Position numbers and translations under genes: made by a program
NCBI GenBank assembly: GCA_010909165.1
Contig: VJWM01000119.1
Span: forward strand, 124,001-188,000
DNA length: 64,000 nt
From: Anthoceros angustus
Lineage: Eukaryota > Plantae > Anthocerotophyta
Direction: 5' to 3'
Notes under the pieces: model-generated
What the model was told of the DNA's origin: nothing
Database searches by the model: none
What the model saw: the letters and a program-made list of their open reading frames with translations, nothing else
In this document: positions 35,158 to 44,916 of the stretch, piece by piece
How the letters are laid out: each line of letters opens with the position of its first letter
Position numbering within the stretch: the first letter of the stretch is position 1

Positions 35158-36388
35158 CTACTTTCTAAGGGGCTTGTACAAGACAACTGTGACATACTTT
35201 GTCCTAAATCTGTGTGTTGCACCCAATGACAACACAGACCTTGAGCTCTTTCCCTTCTCCACATAGAGGTGGTTCAGAATCACATGCTGAGGGCGGGGCA
35301 GAGCACCAGGAACTTCCACTATAGGTGGGACGTTCAAGAGAGTGAGATGCAGCTGGTCGGGGACCAGTGGTGGCTCTTTGCTGAAATCTTCAGGACCGGG
35401 GAAAGGGTCAGTATAACTGGAGTCGGGTGATTTTGGTGGATCGAAGCCAGCAATGTTGTCCAGATTCTCAGGCACATAGTCTTGAACGTCGAGGACGTTG
35501 TTCACGTTGCCCATCTCGTCAAACACAGCTGGCTGATCAGGTGCGTACCTCCACTCTCCGTCCACGATAAACTTATACTGGTACACTCCGGAGGGTAAAA
35601 CCTTCACCAGTGTAAAATCCTTGCCAGATCTCTGCAGGGGATGGCGAACTGTCCAATTGTCCCAGGAGCCTTCCACTGAAACACTCTCTCCTCCGTGGCT
35701 CCAGACTATCATAGTCGGGACACCTTGGTGAAAACGTCGCTGCTCCTCATCGCCTTGGTCATCATACAGACCTGTAGAGCAAGTACTTCTCTCAATTCAG
35801 CATATCCACAATGCAAATCGAACAGGTCATCAACAATTTTCTCCCTGCCTAACAAGGACAAGTGAAAGGAAACCAGTCCATTGCAAGATACAAAGTCACT
35901 GGAGCATGACCTTGGGAGCTGTCTTGAGAGACCTAACGGTCCTCTGATCAATGGACCGAGGTTGGAGGTCACAACAAACCAGAGGCGGACAAGGGCACAG
36001 ACAGCCCTGAGAGATGTGAAGGAAGTGTTGCAAACAAATGCTACATCACGCAAGGCACCTCAGACCATATACCTGAGTAATAGGAACCCATTACGAACTC
36101 TCCTGCTCTTGGAATTGGGACCGTTGTGATCTGGGGTGTAAACAAGAGGGGCGAGCGGGTAGCACTGCTGGGGCTTTCAGGCGGGCTGTGTCCCATGGAC
36201 TCACTAGAACCTATGCGGCCCAACCGAGATCCTCCTCCTGGCACATAGTGATGCTGACGGCCACCTTGTACCTGATGATGCAGATGGCTATGGGGGTGAA
36301 TAGGATGAGCTTGAGCCTGAGCTTCCGGCCCAGCCCTCCCTTTGTCCGCCGGCACAGCCTCCCTGACACTGGAATTTGCGTTGCCCAT
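35158..36388 (-). CDS. SnRK1beta: SnRK1 regulatory beta subunit (CBM48 + ASC domains), one coding intron at about 36071-35772
   Basis: MGNA myristoylation-type start, [55 protein letters not shown] and [10 protein letters not shown]. Confidence 0.95.
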
Positions 36389-37011
36389 GCCTCTCCCTCC
36401 AGGCCAGATCCTTTCAACCCGGCCAGCAGATCCTTGCCTGCTCTCGTGCTACGATTGAGATCACAACTCTTCTGTGACTCTTTTTCCTCTCGCACGGACG
36501 CAGGCAGGGCACCGTCACCGACTACTGGCTCACTCACTGCGGCCGCGGCCGCGGCCGCTGCCCTAGCGGCCTCGAGCGACAGTACGGCTGGTTATCTCAG
36601 TCTGGGCCAGGGCTACAGAATTCCGGACTGGGGTATCACACAGAGCCGGCCAGCCAGCCAGCCGGCAGCAGCTCACCAAGCAATCAGCGCCAGGCAGATG
36701 GGGACAAAACCCTTACAGCCTACTGCCGACCCAAATCCCCCCGAGGCCCCGGGGGAACGAGACCGACGCAACACGTCAATCACGGAATCCAGGCCTCACA
36801 GGAGCTACTTGAGACGATGCAAGCCCAAAATCCAGAACCAGATGCCTGCACAAGCACATTGCTTCCGCTGCCGAGAAAGAGGCAGCCTGAGCAGTCCACA
36901 ACCATAAAAGGCTATCCACCTGCGCGTGCCAGCGTACGTGCGTGACTCACCGAGAGAGAAAGAAAGATACCTGGCTGCAAGCTTTCCGCTGGAGTGCAGC
37001 CCCTTCCCCTT

Positions 37012-37033
37012 CTCCTCCTCCTCCTCCTCCTCC
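37012..37033. repeat. (CTC)n microsatellite upstream of the SnRK1 beta coding region
   Basis: About 7 trinucleotide units. Confidence 0.85.
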
Positions 37034-37911
37034 CCTCAGCTTGCCCTTCCCAGCCCGCATCATCTCATCTACCCCGTCTCGGCCTCTGCTCCCGGACCCG
37101 ACCTAATGCTACCCTCCCACCGGATCCAACCCGATCTCCCGCAATTACACCTCCACGACCCCGCACATCGAGCCCACTCCGTCCAGTCCCAGCTCAGGCA
37201 CGCTCCCCCCCGCACCACCAGCGCCCGCAGCACAGCAGCACGATCAAGATCCACCCGGCCGAGAAGAAGACGTCTCGTCTCGTCACGTCTCGACTCGTCT
37301 CGAGTCGTTGGAGACGTGAATCGGGCACGAATCGCGCAACGAACGAACGCAAGCGAGGGGGAAGGAGACAACGCAAGCAGCCTCTGCCTCTTCAAACGAT
37401 ACAAGCACGTCATATATGAATGTTAAATTTACCTCGCCCTTTTCCCACCTAACTACCGGCCTCGGATGTATCCACAGACAGGGTGCATTTGTACAGGCCA
37501 GCAGCTATGTGGACTACGTGCTGGATGCCGCCAAAAACAACTCGAAGCCGGCGAGAGGATAGACCTGCCAACTCGATCATCCTCACATGTTATCCGCCGC
37601 GATTCCTAGTACACCAGGTACCATTTTCCCACGTGGCCATGTCGTCCACATTTTTCCTTTTACGTATTTGAAAAGGCCGCAACCTGACCATTATTGGAGC
37701 TTCTCGAGACGAGCATGGCGTCTCGCGCGCCGAACGCATACGTGTTGATACGTACTCACAACATGGCTTGGTACGAGGCAGCGCCGCGCCGGCATGGCAA
37801 GAATAGAAGAACGCCACACACGAACTCTCTCACCTGCCGGCATGCTTCTACACGGTGTACATATTTCAGCCAATAAAAAACTCCCACAAACTCTCCACCA
37901 AAGAAGATAAG

Positions 37912-37992
37912 AAGATTTTATTGAGGTGGAAAAATGATGGGAAAAGCGCATGTAGGAGGGGACAACCAAAGGGACCAAGGGGTCGAGGTGAG
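37912..37992 (-). mobile_element. Short second copy of the retrotransposon 3' end seen at 23403
   Basis: agattttattgaggtggaaaaatgatgggaaaagcgcatgtaggaggggacaacc matches 23410-23470. Possible TSD gaagataag at 37903-37911 and 37993-38001. Confidence 0.7.
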
Positions 37993-38288
37993 GAAGATAA
38001 GCATTGTGTATGTGTTAAACCTCTGCAACAGACATTAACGTTGTGGATGATTAAGAGTTCTCATCATAGAAAATTATGCTCATTCTCATTATAACATGGA
38101 AGCTGGTATCATTTTAGTTAGCAATATCCGAGGCCATGCTAGCGACATCCAAGGATAGGTGACCGAGATCCAAGGGCAGGGTTTATCTATATATGAGACA
38201 TTAGGAGTAACTTCAGCATGTGTTTTTTTCCATTGTTGCACTCTCTTTTCCGTAGTGTATAAGGATTAGTGCCTCAAATTCTGTGGCC

Positions 38289-38702
38289 ATGGGGTGGTCA
38301 TGGTTGCGGAAACTTTGTCTTTGTGGGTGGAAGGAGCAACAAACTAATGTTGTTGAATCCTTGTCTAGGCAGAGTGGAAGTCAGGTCAAGTCTCCGGAGC
38401 GAGTGGAACCCGACTCTATTCATGGTGGGGGTAATATCAAATCCTTTGAGCGAGATGTGGAAAGCGGGAGTATTATAGGATCTGTTGAGCAAGATGTGGA
38501 GGGTGCGAGTTGTAATGTCCGATCCCTTAAGCAAGATGTGCCAACACCATCCGAACGCATATGGGATATGGTGCATTTCTCGGAGCCGACATTGACGACA
38601 TTGAGTGGATCGGAGAACCTTTGCAAACCAGTTGAATTCAAGGATTTTGAGGGTTCTATTGAGGAGGATGTTACTCCATATTTGATCAAATGGAAGAACT
38701 AG
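38289..38702 (+). CDS. Putative orphan protein, 137 aa, acidic, N-terminus MGWSWLRKLCLCG
   Basis: gccATGG start with TATA-like tatata about 100 bp upstream. It has three [EK][RQ]DV repeats and a decayed paralogue at about 40020-40170. No family recognised. Confidence 0.4.
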   Translation: MGWSWLRKLCLCGWKEQQTNVVESLSRQSGSQVKSPERVEPDSIHGGGNIKSFERDVESGSIIGSVEQDVEGASCNVRSLKQDVPTPSERIWDMVHFSEPTLTTLSGSENLCKPVEFKDFEGSIEEDVTPYLIKWKN

Positions 38703-38969
38703 AGAAGTTTTTCATGCTCTTTTTGATAGGTTGGAATGATTGAGGTTTCATTTTGTGACTTTATAGTGAGATAATGCTCTTTCAGTAAGTAAAATACTTG
38801 CGTAAAAGCTTAAGATTTTGATACTTACTCAAGATTGTTTTCATTTATATCTCGTTATATTACTTCAATAAAAAAATCTATTAAAGTTAAGAATTTGAAT
38901 TAATTGGATAGAAAAGGATGTTGCAACGAGTAACTATTATTTTATTGATCTTCTAGACTTAATGAGGGA

Positions 38970-39260
38970 AAGAAGACTTTATTATAAAAAAGAGATGGGA
39001 AAAACCCATCCACCCCGAAAACAAAAGGGGAAAAACCCAATGAAGAGCACCATGCCGGGAGGACTAGCTCCCACGATCACGCATTTCAAAACTACCAACC
39101 GCCCGAAGAACATCTAGACTTAATTGGAACATGGTTTGAAGAGACTTCACCTTCACATGTGTCCTGAATGAGAGGGGGGGAGACTTTATGTAGAAAGAAA
39201 AAAGATGGAAAAAACACCATCTACACCGAAAACAGGGATCAACCCACCGGGCCAAGGCGG
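38970..39260 (-). mobile_element. Two further retroelement-like 3' ends carrying the GATGG(G)/(C)CCATC stem
   Basis: gatggg-aaaaa-cccatc at 38994-39010 and gatgg-aaaaaaca-ccatc at 39204-39221. Each is preceded on the + strand by agacttta and an A-rich tract. Confidence 0.5.
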
Positions 39261-39460
39261 ACATGTGTTCTGAATAACATTAACTATGTAGTGATAGCTT
39301 GTGTAGTTTGAGAGCTCTTCTTTATCAACGTGGAGAATCTCACACTTTTGACCCCGCACGAGGGAGGCCGGCGTGCCTAGATATAAGGGAGGCTGGCGCG
39401 CCTAGATATATACGAGGACAATTTACAACCTCGCATGGGGATGATCGAGATACTAGGACA

Positions 39461-39697
39461 ATTGACTATACTAATAGTTTGTGTGACGTAGAGCTTGGAA
39501 GCTATTTATTATCAACAAGGAGAATATGTATCACGCTTAAACCTCGCAGGAGGGAGACTGGCTCGCCCAAATATGTACTGGGACCAACTTTGCATGAGGA
39601 CTACTATGGGACGATGTATAACCTCGCACACATCCCTCACGGTGGTGCACATCTCTCTTCCAAACTCTACATCACACAAGCTATCACCATAGTCAAT
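39461..39697. mobile_element. MITE-like element bounded by ~41-bp imperfect terminal inverted repeats
   Basis: 39461-39501 attgactatactaatagtttgtgtgacgtagagcttggaag pairs with the reverse complement of 39657-39697. No TSD seen. A related left end lies at about 39283. Confidence 0.55.
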
Positions 39698-40019
39698 GAT
39701 ATTCATGATATTTTAATTTAACCACTACTTCATGCCACAAGAAATGTTACTTTCTAATTTTATGGTTAATGTTAGGTGTAATGATTAGAATATCCACTAT
39801 TGAATTTAATTCAATGGGGGGTCTCATGCAGATAACTTGCCCAGGGGAGTTCTAATGGATAAAGTAATGGTTATAAAGTAGAATATATACCTTGCGGATA
39901 TGGTTCATTTAACCACTTAGAAACATAGATATCACTTAAACTATTTGAAGAAGCAGACCATTTGATTTCGATTCTCCTAGCTTAATAACAAATCCTTAGA
40001 ATGTGATACCTTAGGTCAG

Positions 40020-40290
40020 TTTCATCCGATACGAGTCCTTGGCGCGAGTGGAGCCCGGTACTTGTACAGTTATCAAGTATGATTGAAGCCTGCCCAAACG
40101 AATTTGAGGATTTTGAGGGCTCTGTAGATGAAAATATTACTCTACACTTGATCATATTTACAAAATAAAGAAGTTATTTTACACATATTTCTACTTGTTG
40201 AGGTTTTAATTTGCTACTCTTTGGTGAGATCGAAATCTCAATCTCTCTTTGAGGGACAACAATGCTTTCTTAGAAGTTAAGGATGTTTGT
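40020..40290 (+). pseudogene. Decayed paralogue of the 38289 orphan ORF and its 3' flank
   Basis: Reads SLARVEPG and EFEDFEGSVDENITLHLI versus SPERVEPD and EFKDFEGSIEEDVTPYLI. It has an internal stop/frameshift, and the 3' flanks are also similar. Confidence 0.6.
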
Positions 40291-40310
40291 ACTTGGCTTG
40301 CAAGAGTCTT

Positions 40311-40922
40311 CCCTTATAACTTTTTATAGCAATCAAAGGATTAATGATCCATAAATTTTCTTGAAAATTTTAAATGATCAGAAAAATAATGATGTTACAC
40401 CAAGTAGCAATATTAGAGTCACAAAGGCTCCCCTCATAACTTGTTGTAGCAATCAAATAATTCATGATCTATAAATTTTCTCAAAAAATTTAGTTGATCG
40501 GACAAAAAGGATGTTGTATCAAGTAACAATTTTAGAGTCACTAAGGTTATTAATCTCCATAACTCAACCATGACATATGGTTTTCTTATGTGAGGTTTTA
40601 ACATCTGGAGAAACTTTATAATTTTCTCAAATGAGTCTACGCGAGGAATTGAGTTAAGATGTATGGCAAAAACTTTCCTTGTTTATTTGAGTCTACGCTA
40701 GGAATTGAGTTAAGGTGTATGGCAAATATTTACCTTGTTCATCTAATCAATACAGAGCTGAGCATTAATACAAAGAAGACGAGTGAAAAATATTATTTTA
40801 TTTAATGAGCCACTATTTCGATATTCTAGAACTGAAAAAATATCATATTGATAAATATTATTTTATTTAATTTAGCCACTATTTTGATATTCTAGAAGTA
40901 AAAAAACTATTTCATATTGATA
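40311..40922. repeat. Three adjacent tandem duplications (periods 120, 56 and 65 bp)
   Basis: Units start at 40311/40431, 40632/40688 and 40788/40853. Confidence 0.85.
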
Positions 40923-41009
40923 GATATCGAAGAGGAATGTGCTGATTTTGTATATATGTGAACTCATAGCTCATTTTATGATACTAGTTTTATTTGATTG
41001 TACTTCAAC

Positions 41010-41882
41010 ATGGGAAAGATATTGCTACTCTATTTTTTCATTGTTCTATTCTTCAACTTGTGTATCATAGGACATGGAACCACAAATTCTTCAGAAGTGA
41101 AGAAAAAAATGGAAGAAGATTTGACAAAGAGTATTGAATTTGACTTGGATGTAATTAATCGGCCATTTGTGGTTAGTTATACGGTAAGTATGATGAATTC
41201 TCTCCGTGATGAATGCCCTCTTCTATTATGAATAGCTTCTTATTCCTTTAAGGATCAGTATTAAAGTTTGAAATCTTGTGTTTCTCCAGCTATCTGATGG
41301 GAGCATTATTGACTGTGTAAAATTTGAAGATCAGCTAAGCATGCAAAATCCAAGTATCAGAGAGCACCACTACGTAAGCTATACTGTAATTAACAATAGG
41401 CAACAGTGCTTTGATCTTTGTCATCACGATTGATATGTAACATGGCTTCGTTCCTCCTAGTGATATTTATGAGATAGTAATGTTGGGTCTTCATTGTGCA
41501 GAAGAAGATGGAGGCTGAAAAAGAACGTGAGCAGCGCAAAATTGCCTCTGATTTGAAAGAAAAAGGGGACACGTCACAAGTTACAAGTATTGCAGATGTA
41601 AAAGAAGAGGATATGGAAAAAGGGAATGCTTTTTCTCCTGTGTTGGCGAGAAGGATAGAGCTTGATCCAAATAAAAGGGTGCGTACACGTTTTGAAGTGG
41701 AAGTTGGCCGTTGTCCTGAAGGAACGGTCCCTATTGCACGAGTAACTAGAGCAACATTAGAGGCGCATCGATTCTTAATGAGCATGAAAAGAAGATCTTT
41801 TATTACAAATAGGGCAAAAGAAGGAGCTCCAAGTGATGGTTCACATCAATATCAACATCTTAGCACAACCAATCAAATTTGG
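41010..41882 (+). CDS. Neprosin paralogue with only signal peptide and activation (pro) peptide; exons 41010-41183, 41290-41373 and about 41502-41882; no catalytic exons found
   Basis: Reads MGKILLLYFFIVLFFNLCIIGHG, INRPFVVSYT|LSDGSIIDCVKFEDQLSMQNP and GRCPEGTVPIAR, ending W|gtat at the same donor as gene 1. No IExGW or GGEV exon is present in 41.9-44 kb. Confidence 0.7.
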
Positions 41883-42710
41883 GTATATGCTTTCCTCCAC
41901 GTATTTTTTTATTCAGCAAGAATAAATATGTTTCTAGTTATAATCTTAAAATAGTATCAATGAGCCAATTAAAAATGATGCATTGTTGGTTTTGCAGCTA
42001 TTGTTTCTATTGTGGGTTGTGGAGGAGTGGCATTGCTTAACTCAAGGGTGGGTTGTAACTAGCTATGTACAGTATTGGCTAAAGAACAAAATTAATATTT
42101 TACGTGAAATGTGATCGCTGCATGTTAGATCATTATTGTAAGCCTCTGACTTATCCAAGCTCCTTTGGTATTTAAGCAATGGTCTTACTTTTCCAAACTC
42201 CCTTGGTATTTAAGCAATGGTCTTATCATTTGTATTTAGAACAAAGAAATACCACGAGCTTCATATCTAATGTGTACTTATCAACTCTCATATCATGCTT
42301 GTGAAACTATTTTGTATGGCATGTATGGTTGAGCATTGCTGTTTGTAAACCGAGTTTTCCCATCATCCATCTTGCTCTTCTCAAAAGGTAGCTACCCTGA
42401 TGTTGCATTGTATATGCCAAGTCTGATTTCGCCAAACTGTAAACAAGTTGTGATATTACTGCAAATACTGCTAATCCGCAATATTAGTTCAATTAAGTTG
42501 TAGCTGCCTTAATGCTGCATGCATTTGCCAGGGTTGATTTCCCCTAATTGGAGACAAGTTGTGGCATCAGTGTGAATATTGCTGATCTACATCATTACAT
42601 CTTAAACTGTTGCATAGGTAGGAGCAAGGCGTGTAGGGCTTGACATTATAATCCAATGTGAGGCGTGGCCCATAGTGACTTGGGCTCCAGGACCATAGCT
42701 TGCTCCAGAC

Positions 42711-42941
42711 CTCCTACATTATATGACGATCGAGTGTAATGAGAACAAGATCTCCTACATTGTCTGATCATCAAATGTAGTGAGAATTTACACCAAAAAA
42801 ATGCAGTGGGAACTAGAACTCCTACATCATCTAACGATCGAATGCACTTGGAACAAGCACTTCTACGTCATCTGACGATCAAATGGAGTGAGAAAAAGAA
42901 CTCTTACATCGTCTAATGATCGAATGCAGTGAGATGAAGAA
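42711..42941. repeat. Degenerate 41-bp tandem repeat x5
   Basis: ctcctacatcatctgacgatcgaatgcagtgagaacaagaa-like units at 42711, 42752, 42819, 42860 and 42901. Confidence 0.85.
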
Positions 42942-43337
42942 CTAGGAAAGGATGAGAATGAGCGTCCCCATCCCCATCCTCTAGTTTAGGCAAATTTTTT
43001 ACTGTGTTTCTTAGTTCTTGTAGTGTCCTCTAGTGCCCAAAGTATCCACCATTTTACATGTAGTAGCTAAAAGAACACGAAGAGTTTCACTTCACTTGGA
43101 ATTTTTGTTATAGGGATTGCGATAAAATAGGTCATACATAAAATATGCAGGTCACTTACTAATGTATAGCTCACCTTCTCTGATTTGGAGATTGTTGTCT
43201 CAGTTGTCTTAAAAAATATGACAATCTTGAATACATCATAAGTTTTCTATCAATCCCACTTTGTGTAGACCATAAATTACCAAAGGATAATTCAGGCATG
43301 TGTATGGCATATCCCCTTTATGAGGGTTGTGTTAAGA

Positions 43338-43500
43338 AGTTTTCCCGCCGCGTACGGCGGGAAAACTCACCTAAATATGTACAACCCTGACGACATCGGC
43401 GACGTGGGCCTTCCGCGCGTGTACTGACATCGTCACAAAGTTATCATACATCATTTTCTGTGATATACGGAAGTTTCTTTTAGGGTTAGGGTTTAGGTTG
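43338..43500. mobile_element. Element terminus with a perfect 13-bp hairpin and telomere-like repeats
   Basis: agttttcccgccg-cgta-cggcgggaaaact at 43338-43367 and tttagggttagggtttagg at 43478-43497. It is similar to the reverse complement of 56780-56960. Confidence 0.5.
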
Positions 43501-44452
43501 CGTCATGCGCATAAGGGGATCAAAGCCTTCTAGGTTGTCACCAAGTCCCAAGACTGTAGCATGCGAGCTGTAGTTTGCAGGCCTACTCTCATGGTGTGGT
43601 CATGCTCGCAGCTTGTTAGTAGGCCTTGCCACTATCTTCACCCTTGGATTTCTTCTAGCATGCTCGCCATCGCAAGCTGTTGTGTTCCGTATGCCTTAAT
43701 TTTGGAGAGAGCGATAAGAGCTCACAAGCGGTTGGAGTGAGGAAGCCTACATGTTTTATGCCTTTGATTTGATGGCTTGTCTTTGTTGGGCAGAATGTGA
43801 TGGCACGGGATACGTTCACTCACTGCCATTTATACGTGCACGACCTAAATGATCACACACGAAGAGTCTTCACGTCAAGTTTGATTCACACATTTGGCCT
43901 CGAAGAACTTCTGAAGCTCTTGAACCTCTTGGACCTGAATGCCCCGGCCCAAGACAACAAAAAAAGTGCGCATGCTCCTGCCTGACACCGACTCCCACCC
44001 AAACAGCACCAAACCATGGACAGTTCCTTTACGTCTGCTCCACCATAGCCCGGATCAAGGTAACCACTCTCCGTGCCCACAATGTGGCCTTAGCCTCGGT
44101 CCACTGCTCAGGGTATTCGGGTAATGCCTCCTGTCTACTCTTACACTCCCTGTAGAGTGTTGTGATGCAGCCGATTCATATCCGGGGGGAAGTCCATGTC
44201 CTCTAAGCTTTTTGCATATGCATTGTCCCTCGCGATATGCACTTCCTGCACAACCTACAGCAGTGCTCCACAAGTTTCAATTCCCCATGGCTGCCGCTCC
44301 GAAGGGATGCACCTCTCGGCCACTCAACATGGCTGCAACGCGCACATGCAACAACATGTAGCCAGCAATTTCTCACCCCCGGACAGCAATGCAATGGCCC
44401 TCAGAGATGGCATCTTTGGAGCCACGTTCTACACATAATGTGGGCCACCCGC

Positions 44453-44513
44453 GTCTGACTCCCCACCCTCAGTCTAACTCCCCACCCTCAGTCTGACTCT
44501 CCACCCTCAGTCT
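44453..44513. repeat. 19-bp tandem repeat x3 downstream of the PPR gene
   Basis: gtctgactc[c/t]ccaccctca units. Confidence 0.85.
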
Positions 44514-44916
44514 GCAGCCCCGTAGGGTGGTGGCTGCACCCACCCTCGCAGCAGGCCCTCTTCCTGGAATGCTATGGCAGGAACATGCCCTATTTCTTGG
44601 CACAGGGAAGTTTTGTCCATGTTGAACAGGACAGTATAGTTTTGATTGGAGGGAAATCCATAGATAATCGTGAAGTGCAAAATTTCGGAAGAAGGAAACG
44701 ATAAGGTGGAGCAATTGGTGCTCCATACCTGAAGTTAGGGGACACCACAAACTGAGCAGCATGTTGGTTTTCGTAAGCAGTAAGTTGATGAACGTGGGTA
44801 GACCTTGAAGAGCGGCCGGATGAGCTTCAACAATGCAGTTACAGGAGACCATGAGAGAATGGGGAGTTTGCCTATGACAGAGCCCATTTTCTAAAAACGC
44901 AGAGGACAGTCGAGTG

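Noticed and set aside
36538-36562. Self-complementary (GCGGCC)n run in the SnRK1 beta leader
   Set aside because: A short GC-rich simple repeat with no evidence of function.
37490-37560. Exon-like ASSYVDYVLDAAKNNSKPARG* after an AG acceptor
   Set aside because: Too short to assign and has no partner exons.
43478-43497. TTTAGGG repeats as an interstitial telomere or fusion scar
   Set aside because: Only two to three imperfect units, embedded in a repeated element context.
44196-44438. 80-aa ORF with a hydrophobic N-terminus (possible secreted peptide)
   Set aside because: No known peptide motif and no second copy; compatible with chance.
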